Source of the DNA: the human T2T-CHM13v2.0 reference genome, Homo sapiens | NCBI RefSeq assembly: GCF_009914755.1 | Contig: NC_060943.1 | Reading direction: 5' to 3' (one strand) | Length of the DNA: 64,000 bases | Shown: positions 43,117-64,000 of the stretch, piece by piece | Position numbering within the stretch: position 1 is the first letter of the stretch | How the letters are laid out: the number at the start of each line of letters is the position of its first letter | The notes under the pieces: generated by a model | What the model was told of the DNA's origin: nothing | The model's database searches: none | What the model saw: the letters and a program-made list of their open reading frames with translations, nothing else | Position numbers and translations under genes: made by a program

Positions 43117-43542
43117 TAGTAGAGACGGGGTTTCACCCGTGTTTGCCAGGATGGTCTCCATCTCCTGACCTCGTGATCCGCCCGCCTCGGCCTCCCAAAG
43201 TGCTGAGATTACAGGCGTGAGCCACCGCGCCCGGCCGGGAGAGCACTTTTTAGAGCCCTCACCTGCAAGGTGGATTCAGGTCTATCCGGTTCTCCAAGAC
43301 CTGCCCTTGTCGGCCCCTGGTGCGCAGCGCTGCAGCCTCAGTCCGGAGGGGCCGCGTCCTTACTTGGTTCTGGGATTCTGCAGACCCCACCCCTGTCCTA
43401 AGGTGCCACCTTTGTCTTTCTCACCCGAAATCTTTCTCAGGAAGGGCCTTCAGCTCCCAAGCCCCTCTAGGCAGTCACCTCCCATGGTGGGAAGGTGAGC
43501 TGGGCTTGTCCTGTGACACTCATGGTGGAGGAGGTGACCTAG

Positions 43543-43878
<336 letters not shown>

Positions 43879-43879
43879 T

Positions 43880-45263
<1,384 letters not shown>

Positions 45264-45364
45264 TCCCTCTGAGTGGAGCTCAATCCTGGTTTGACTTGAG
45301 AGTACTGAGTCGTTTTGCAAATAAAACTCTTGTGCCTCTTTACCTGAGTTTTCCATTCATGTAA

Positions 45365-45751
<387 letters not shown>

Positions 45752-45947
45752 TGAGGCCTCAGCTCAGCCTGGGATCCATAGGGATGTGAGGGCGGCTGTG
45801 CTCTGCATGAGGTTTGCTCAAGGCCAGGTGTGCACCCTGAAGGGGAGCTCAGTCCAGCCCAGCTCCCCACCACTGCAGCGTGCGTGTGGGCCTCTCTAGG
45901 AGGAGAGTGGGTTCTGAAGAAAGGGGTTACAGACTCACCTGTTGGTC

Positions 45948-46000
45948 TTCCTACAAGTTTCTTTTTCCTACAAGTTTCTTCTTCCTACAAGTTTCTTTTT
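45948..46000. repeat. About 18-bp tandem repeat (ttcctacaagtttct) x3
   Basis: Direct reading. Confidence 0.8.
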
Positions 46001-46190
46001 CCTCCTGGTGCAGTCGGTGGCAGAGGACTGTCTTTGCACGGGTGTCTTCCCTGTGTGTGTGGTCGTGGCACAGGAAGGGGGTGTGTTAATTCTAGGCATT
46101 AAATAACTTCTTTTTCACATTCCAAATTAACCTTTAAAGACTCATGTGGCCTGAGGAAGAAGTCCAGAAGAGAAGAAAGAGGAGACAGGG

Positions 46191-46205
46191 ATGGCTCTTT
46201 CTCAA
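46191..46205 (+). CDS. ZNF818P: First coding exon (MALSQ) of the plus-strand KRAB-ZNF; exon starts near 46140
   Basis: gggATG GCT CTT TCT CAA|GTAAAG with strong Kozak context. Flanks are homologous to exon 2 of ZNF347 and ZNF665. Candidate acceptor ctttaaAG|AC at 46139/46140. Confidence 0.75.
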
Positions 46206-47109
46206 GTAAAGTGATATTCTTGGTGGATTGTTCTGTTTCCCCCTTTTTTTTTTTTTTTGGAGACAGAGTCTTGCACTATCGCCTGGGCTGAAGTGCAGTG
46301 GTGTGATCTTGGCTCACTGCAACCTCCACCTCCTGGGTTCAAGCGAGTCTCCTACCTCAGCTTCCCAAGTAGCTGCAATTACAGGTGCCCGCCACCATGC
46401 CCAGCTAATTTTTTGTATTTTTAGTAGAGACAGGGTTTCACTATGTTGGCCAAGCTGGTCTCCAACTCCTGACCTCATGATTCACCCGCCTCGGCCTCCC
46501 AAACTGCTGGGATTACAGGCGAGAGCCACCGTGCCCAGCTTGTTCTGTTTCTCTTTCCTTTCTGAAATTTCATTCTTTGGAGTTGCAAATCTTCTTTGAG
46601 TCTGAAGCATCCTGCCTGACACGTTTGTTCGCACTCACCCGTGCCTTCCCTCAGTCCCTCTCATTTCACTTAGATTCCATTGCCTGTGACCCACTGATAT
46701 GAACTTGGGAAGAGGCCCCACTGGGCATGGTCCTGGGAAGGGCTCACACCCATACATGGATGGACACGGCATGTGAGCCCCGTAGTGTTAGGACTGTTAG
46801 GCAAGAGGGATTGTTTAGCGGCCACATCTGGATGCACTGTGAGGTCTCTGTGGACCAGGAGTAGAGAAGCTGCACATGGAAGTCATGTACTAATGCGCAC
46901 AAGTACCTGGTAATTCCAGAAAAGGAGGCTGATGAGGGGAATTCTGGCACATTGTTTGTCTGATTTAAGAATACATTCGAAGATAAATACATGAATCTGT
47001 ATGTTTTTGGCTCCAGAATTGTTATGATTTGGAATGGAATGGAAAGTTCAGAAACACCTTAGTGAGGGGAGGGTGTTTTATTCTAGCACTGATTTGTTCT
47101 CTTTTTTGA

Positions 47110-47268
<159 letters not shown>

Positions 47269-47911
47269 TAGGAGAGACGGGGTTTCTCCATGTTGGTCAG
47301 GCTGGTCTCAAACTCCCAAACTCAGGTGATCCATCCGCCTCGTCCTTCCAAAGTGCTGGGATTACCGGCGTGAGCCACCACGCCTGGCTCCACCAATTTT
47401 AAAATATGAAATCAATCTAAATCTCTTTTTTTTTTTTTGAGACAAAGTCTCACTCTTGTCCCCTAGGCTGGAGTGCGATGGTGCAATGTTGGCTCACTGC
47501 AACTTCCGTCTCCTGGGTTCAAGTGATTCTCCTGCCTGGGCCCCCTGAGTAGCTGGGATTACAGGTGCTTGCCACCACACCGGGCTAATTTTTGTATTTT
47601 TAGTAGAGATGGGGTTTTACCATGTTGGCCAGGCTGGTCTTGAACTCCTGACCTGAGGTGATCCACCTGCCTTGGCCTCCCAAAGTGCTGGGATTACAGG
47701 TGTGAGCCACCGCACCCGGCCAGAAAACAATCTAAATCTCTAACAGAAGGAGATTCTTTACGTCATTTTCAGCACATCCTTCTCTTGGAGGTTGCTTTTC
47801 AGTCTCTTGATTCTTTCTTTTGATGCAGAGATGTTTGTAAGTTTGATGTAGTCCCATTTGTATATTTTTGCTTTTCTTGCCTGTGTCTTTGGTGTCATAT
47901 CTTAGAAATGA

Positions 47912-48291
<380 letters not shown>

Positions 48292-49425
48292 TAGAATTTT
48301 ATTTGTAGTTTGACTATAACTATTTCATAGGGATTGGAGTTAAAGTTTTAAATATTTTTTTCATGTTTTTACCATTCTTTTATTGGCATTATATAACATA
48401 ATGTTGACAAACTAAGTTAAATACAACTTATACACTTTACTGTCCCCAAGATGCTGAAATGCACATGAGGAGAAATGATAATGAAAAAGTCATAAAAAGT
48501 ATGTCATTGAGAGGCATGTTTTCTCTTTGTTAATTTACATTTGTGTATATATGTGTGCATGAATGTATGGATGAACTATCCTATGGCGTTTATAGACGAC
48601 ACATCACCATTTCATAAATCAGTTCCGTATTTTTATTTTTTTATTTTATTTTATTTATTTATTTTTTTGAGACGGAGTCTTACTTTGTTTCCCAGGCTGG
48701 AGTGCAGTGGTGCGATCTCGGCTCACTGCAACCTCTACCTCCTGGTTCAAGTGATTCTCCTGCCTCAGCCTCCCGAGTACCTGAGATTACAGGCGTGCAC
48801 CACCACGCCCAGCTAATTTTTGTATTTTTAGTAGAGACGGGGTTTCACCATGTTGGCCAGTATGATATCAATCTCTTGACCTCATGATCACCAGCCTTGG
48901 CCTCCCAACGTGCTGGGATTACAGACGTGAGCCACCACGCCCGGCCACACTTTTTAGATTCTGACCTTTCTTTCTTTAAAGACACCATGGACATTGTCAT
49001 CTCTGAAGACAACACACTTCTTCCAGCTCCTCCAGATACTGAATATCACTTTGTGTGTCAAACATAATATCTAGCACTTCTATAGAGATAGCTGTGTGTT
49101 GACTATTTATTTCTACGTTTCTTCCATTGTCTACAGAAAGAGAAATCCACACTTATTTAGAAGATATCATAAGCTCTTACAGAAGAGTATAATAAAATGC
49201 AATTAGGGAGACATACCTAATGTTCTTCCTAACATCCCTAAATGCCCCAAAATACCTTAGCATGGATCTGCCAGAACTCTCCCTTCAGTAAATCAATACA
49301 ATTCTCTCTTTTTCTCATTTTATGTAAAGATGATAACTCTCCCCCACGTGCTTGGTAAAATGTGTTTTTCAGACACGGTTTGCCTGAAAATACCTTTCCA
49401 TGGATTTCCCAGAACGTTCATTTAA

Positions 49426-49755
<330 letters not shown>

Positions 49756-49899
49756 TAATTCTCAGATGAAAAGCTTAATAGTGCAGCATCTGGACTTAAT
49801 TATCCCATTTTCAAATGATCTACCTCCTTCAAGATATATCATTGGTGGTTCCAGAGCTTAAGTAGAAATAAACCCTATGGTAGACTTTAAAAATATCTA

Positions 49900-50259
<360 letters not shown>

Positions 50260-50454
50260 TCAGTACTTCCTAGAGGACAGTTCGATGTTCGTATCTTACC
50301 ATGTTCCCTAAACATTCAGAAGGAGGCATTCAGTGGGTGAATTTGTGAAATATTTTTCTAGATCCATTTGTAATGTCCTCTTTCCTCCTCTAAACAAAGG
50401 GCTGGGATTCTGTAAAAGCCACAGCACATTACATTCCTTTCTTTTTCTAAGCAG

Positions 50455-50583
50455 GAATCTCTCTTTCTGAAATGAGTATTACCTCCATGTTGGGGCAAGG
50501 GAAAGAGCCCTGGACTGTGGAGAGTGAAGTGAAAATAACAAAAACATCAAATGGTTGGGAATGCATCAAAGGTGTGAACACAG
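50455..50583 (+). CDS. ZNF818P: Intact KRAB-B exon (129 nt)
   Basis: taagcAG|GA ATC TCT...AAC ACA G|GTAAG, encoding (G)[42 protein letters not shown]. Confidence 0.9.
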
Positions 50584-51433
50584 GTAAGAGCTCAAATGGA
50601 CAGAGAGGAAGCTGCACCATTAGTATTCAGGTAACTCCTTCCGAGTTGAAGAGTTCTGTGGAACAAAAAGAGTTTAAATCCTGTGAGCTCTCAATGGAAA
50701 CCTTTCTTTGCCCTCATTTATCCCTCTGCTCTTCTGACGTGTAGTAGTTTATGCTTTCACACTCCCATGGCGCTGCAGCTCCAACAGTGACAAAGGCAAA
50801 GTCTTTATCATGATGGACAACACCCTGTCATGTGGCTTCTGTGACCTCTTTGGTTTCTTCACTCTGAGGGGCACAGGGAGGGTTGTGTTCAAGAGGTCTC
50901 CTGTGATCTCTCCTGTACCTGACTGCGTCTGATGCTCAGTTCTCTGTCTATACAGATCAGAGCTGAGGCCTCCATGGACCTGCCCCCTTGACCTATTCAG
51001 GTTTTGCCCCATTTCCTGTACTTGGGAGACCTAATCAGGTGACGGGAAAACATTGGCAGCTCCTCCTTTGCATCTGGGGCTCCGGAAACCTCATGGTGCT
51101 GTCTCCAGCCCTGTCTGTCTGTCAAAGTCTTTCAGCCTCAGTCATTTCTTCTGTTCTGCTTTTGCCACAGATTGCAGTGTGCGCCACAGGGGAGTACACG
51201 GGGTTTTCTGAGATTGTTTACTCAGGTCTGGAATGGCACTAGACAGAGAGGTCCTCTTTTTTTTTTTCTTCGAGACAGAGTCTGGCTCTCTTGCCCAGGC
51301 TGTGATGCAGTGGTGAGATCTCAACTCACTGGAACCTCTGCCTCCCAGGTTCAAGTAATTCTCTTCCCTCAGCCTCCTGAGTAGCTGGAACTACAGGCAC
51401 GTGTCACCACACCTGGCTAATTTTTGTATTTTT

Positions 51434-56271
<4,838 letters not shown>

Positions 56272-56482
56272 CTAATTTTTGCATTTTTAATGGAGATGAG
56301 GTTTCACCATGTTGGCCACCTGGTCTGGAACTCCTAACCTCAGGTGATCTGCCTGTCTTGGCCTCCCAAAGTGCTGGGATTACAGGCATGAGCCACTGCA
56401 CCCGGCCGATATATTTTTCAATATGAACTACTGATTTGCCAACTGTAGTTAATAGAAAACCTGTTTTTTAAATATCTTGTAG

Positions 56483-58011
56483 ATGTCTCTCCTACACATA
56501 TGATCAAGGAATTACCACCAAAAGAGAACAATAGCACAGGAAAAGTATTCCAAGCAGTGATGTTGGAAAGACATGAAATCCATGACATCCAAGATTTTTA
56601 CTTCAGAGAAATGCAGCAAAATATTCATGACTTTGAGTGTCAGTGTCACAATGATGAGAGAAATTACAGAGAAATACCTGCAATTAAAATTAAAAACATC
56701 ACTGGAAGAAGAGATCAAGGTGATGGAAGGAATGCAGGAAATAAGCCAGTTGAAAATCAGCTTGAACTAAGCTTTTGGTTGCATCTGGCTGAACTGCAGG
56801 GATTTCAAATTGAAAGGAAAATTTATGAATGTAATCAAATTGAGAAGTCTGTCACCCGTGGGTCCTCAGTTTCATTACTTCAAACAAATCTTCCTTGTGT
56901 CAACACCAGCATTTCTAATATATACAGGAATGATTTTATGCATCATTCATTACTCACACAAGACCAGAAAGCATACATTAGGGAAAAACCTTACAAATGT
57001 AGTGATTGTGGCAAGGCCTTTAATCAGAGGTCCAACCTTACTACACATCAGAGAATCCATACTGGACAGAAACCACATAAATGTGACATATGTGGCAAAG
57101 GTTTCAGGCGAATTGGAAACCTAGCAAGTCATCATAGAATTCATACTGGAGAGAAACCTTACAGATGTAATGAGTGTGGCAAGACCTTCAATCAGACGTT
57201 CAACCTTACTACACATCAGAGAATCCATACTGGACAGAAACCATATAAATGTGATAGATGTGGCAAAGGTTTCAGGCAAATTGGAAACCTAGCAAGTCAT
57301 CATAGAATTCATACTGGAGAGAAACCTTACAGATGTAACGAGTGTGGCAAGACCTTTAACAGGATGTTCCACCTTACTAGACATCAGAGAATCCATACTG
57401 GACAGAAACCATATAAATGTGATATATGTGGCAAAGGTTTCAGGCAAATTGCAAACCTAGCAAGTCATCATAGAATTCATACTGGAGAGAAACCTTACAA
57501 ATGTAGTGATTGTGGCAAGACCTTTAATTACAGGTCCCACCTTACAAGACATCAGAGAATCCATACTGGACAGAAACCGTATAAATGTGATACATGTGGC
57601 AAAGATTTCAGTCAAAATTCATACCTTGAAAATCATCAGAGAATTCACACTAGAGAGAAATCTTACAGATGTAATGAGTGTGGCAAGACCTTTAATAAGA
57701 TGACCAACCTTACTACACATCAGAGAATCCATACTGGACAGAAAACATATAAATGTGATATATGTGGCAAAGGTTTCAGGCAAATTGGAAACCTAGCAAG
57801 TCATCATAGAATTCATACTGGAGAGAAACCTTACAGATGTAATGAGTGTGGCAAGACCTTCAATAGGATGTTCCACCTTACTAGACATCAGAGAATCCAT
57901 ACTGGACAGAAACCATATAAATGTGATATATGTGGCAAAAGTTTCAGTCAAAATTCATACCTTGAAAATCATCAGAGAATTCACACTGGAGAGAAAACTT
58001 ACAAGTTGTAA
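56483..58011 (+). CDS. ZNF818P: Final exon: spacer + 12 intact C2H2 fingers; spliced ORF 599 aa (locus annotated as a pseudogene, from recall)
   Basis: Acceptor cttgtAG|AT GTC TCT (phase 1), in frame with ORF 56500..58011. 12 canonical fingers. TAA at 58009-58011 results from a 1-nt insertion in finger 13. Confidence 0.8.
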
Positions 58012-61474
<3,463 letters not shown>

Positions 61475-61572
61475 GAACCAGAATAGCATGTGCACGTATA
61501 CACAGACGTTTCACAACTGGCATTATGTTTTGCTACTGTTTTATTTACAATGTATCACAAGTTTTATGCTTT

Positions 61573-61578
61573 AATAAA
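61573..61578 (+). terminator. ZNF818P: Poly(A) signal AATAAA of the plus-strand locus
   Basis: Lies at the position homologous to the ZNF665 signal; both are followed by ...aatgaatcat..ttctt..gcca.ca.agttttat. Confidence 0.6.
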
Positions 61579-62025
61579 ATTTAATCATAACTTCTAATGA
61601 ATCATGTTTCTTCTGCCACCACAGTTTTATCTCACCTCAGTTGGGTATTTCATAACAGATAGTAATAGTGCACCATTAGGCTCTCTAGGTTGAAGGAGTC
61701 TTGCAGGGGAACATGAGGTTTGTGCTTTAACTGTGGCAACTGACATCCAGTATCCTCCCCTTTAATTTGTTCTCATCCAAAACTAATCCATCTATTTTTC
61801 TTTAATAAGTGATTTTTCAAGTTTGCACTTACTTTTTCCTTTACATTACACTTTAAGTAAGAGTCACTGTTATTAGTGCTTTATGTGTAATAACAACCTG
61901 TGAGATAAGTACTGATGTTATTCACATATCACAAACGAGGAAACTTAGGGCCAAGATGCTTTAAGGACTCATCCACATCCCTGTAAGTGGGTGAATCAGG
62001 ATTCACGTTTGGCTGCAAAGATGAG

Positions 62026-62441
62026 TGATATAGTTTGGATCTGTGTCCCTGCCCAGATTTCCTGTCAAATGGTAATCCCCAGTGTTGGAGGTGGGACCTG
62101 ATGGGAGGTGATTGGATCATGGGGGCAGATTCCCCTGTGGTGCCGTTCTTGTGATGGTGAGTTCTCATGAGATCTGGTTGTGTAAAAGTGTGTGGCACCT
62201 CCCCCTCTCTCTCTTCCTTCTGCTCTGGTCATGTGAAGTGCCTGCTCCCACTTTGCCTTCCGCAATCATTCTAAGTTTCCTGAGGCCTACTCAGGAGCTG
62301 AGCAGATGCCAGCATCATACTTCCTGTACAGCATGCAGAACTGTGGCCAATTAAACCTCTTTTCTTCATAAATTACCCAATATCAGGTATTTACCCAATA
62401 TCAGGTATTTCTTCATAGCAGTGCAAGAATGGACCAATACA
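62026..62441 (+). mobile_element. MST (MaLR) solo LTR
   Basis: tgatatagtttggatctgtgtcc ... gaatggaccaataca. TSD atgag/atgaa. Short internal tandem duplication at about 62374-62411. Confidence 0.8.
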
Positions 62442-62454
62442 ATGAATGTGTTAA

Positions 62455-62799
<345 letters not shown>

Positions 62800-64000
62800 T
62801 AGTTATTTCTATCTTTCATGTACTTGACATCTTGACTTAATTTTGTTAGTATCTTTTGTCATAGTGGTTTATCTTTACACATAATTGTGACTGTAGTAAG
62901 TATTACATCTATATTTTTATTTCATGGGCCAAATTACTATAAATACATACTTAAATAAGATATAAATACACTGATTACCACATAATCCCAGAAGAAAGAT
63001 TGTCCAAGATGAAATTGCATTTATTGACCCAAGAATGGTTCACAATTTATGATGGAGAGAGATTTTCCTCAAGCAAGGAACAAGATTCAAATACCAGCTG
63101 TTGAAATAATTGCACAATATTGTGAGCTAAGCTATAGAATCTGAAATGTAAGACATAAAACATTGGCCAGGCGTGGTGGCTCAAGCCTGTAATCCCAGCA
63201 CTTTGGGAGGCCAAGGTGGGTGGATCACAAGGTCAGGAGATCGAGACCATCCTGGCTAACACGGTGAAACCCCCTCTCTACTAAAAATACAAAAAATTAT
63301 CTGGGTATGGTGGCACATGCCTGTAGTCCCAGCTATTCACAAGGCCGAGGTGGGAGAATCACTTGAATCTGGGAGGCAGAGTTTGCAATAAGCCAAGATT
63401 GTGCCACTGCACTCCAGCCTGGGCAACAGAGTGAGACTCCATCTCAAAAAATAAATAAGTAAAAAAAAAAAAAATTTTAGCGTACAGACTAAATTATTGA
63501 TTTTAGATAATATAATTATTTGTTCATTAATGGATGGCTATTAACAGCAACTTTATTATAATTAATGTAATAATTGAAATATACTCAAAAGATGTAAAAT
63601 TGTACCTGGAAGATACGGAAATGTGTTCATTAAGTAAATTGATATAGTTAGATTTGTAGTGAGTTCAGAGTTAACACTGGAATTTAAAAAACAGGTTTGT
63701 TGAGATCTAATTTATATCCATAAAATTGTTTCATTTTAAGTATATAATTCATTGACTTTTAATACACTTGCTATAAGTTGTGAAACCATCCCCACATTCA
63801 AATCTTAGAACATTTCTATCAGCTGCCCCCGAAAAGATATTTTTTAACAAAAAAAAAGAAAAATATCACATGATATATTTGAATGTGTAAACTGCCGAAG
63901 TTATATTGGTATGAAAGCCACACTGGTGACATTAACGTTTTCTAAAATGTTTCTTTTGTGAACTCCGGAGGGAAGTTACTCTCACTGTAGTCACCAGACA

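Noticed and set aside
56992-58000. 84/168-bp periodic repeats as a CRISPR-like array or satellite
   Set aside because: The periodicity is C2H2 finger coding sequence in a eukaryotic gene.

Overview
This is primate, almost certainly human, DNA from the 19q13.4 KRAB zinc-finger cluster. It holds three paralogous genes. (1) The 5' end of ZNF347 on the minus strand: exon 1 near 7277-7340 and the MALTQ exon at 2014-2074. (2) The complete ZNF665 gene on the minus strand: coding exons 31159-31173, 23722-23848 and 12719-14613 give 678 aa, KRAB-A plus 18 C2H2 fingers, and its KRAB-B exon is a dead relic. (3) Head-to-head with ZNF665, a plus-strand locus I recognise as the annotated pseudogene ZNF818P. 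The main result is that this supposed pseudogene splices at canonical sites into an uninterrupted 599-aa KRAB-A/B + 12-finger ORF with a young two-finger-periodic array. Its clearest lesion is a GT>CT change at the non-coding exon-1 donor, and candidate rescue donors lie nearby. An antisense L1PA element in its last intron points its antisense promoter and an ORF0-like ORF at the finger exon. The window also has two independent solo LTR13 insertions, remnants of an apparent deleted fourth ZNF gene, about 57 Alus, old L1M/MER21/Tigger/MST elements and microsatellites. Gene names and repeat families come from recall, not searches, and repeat boundaries are approximate.
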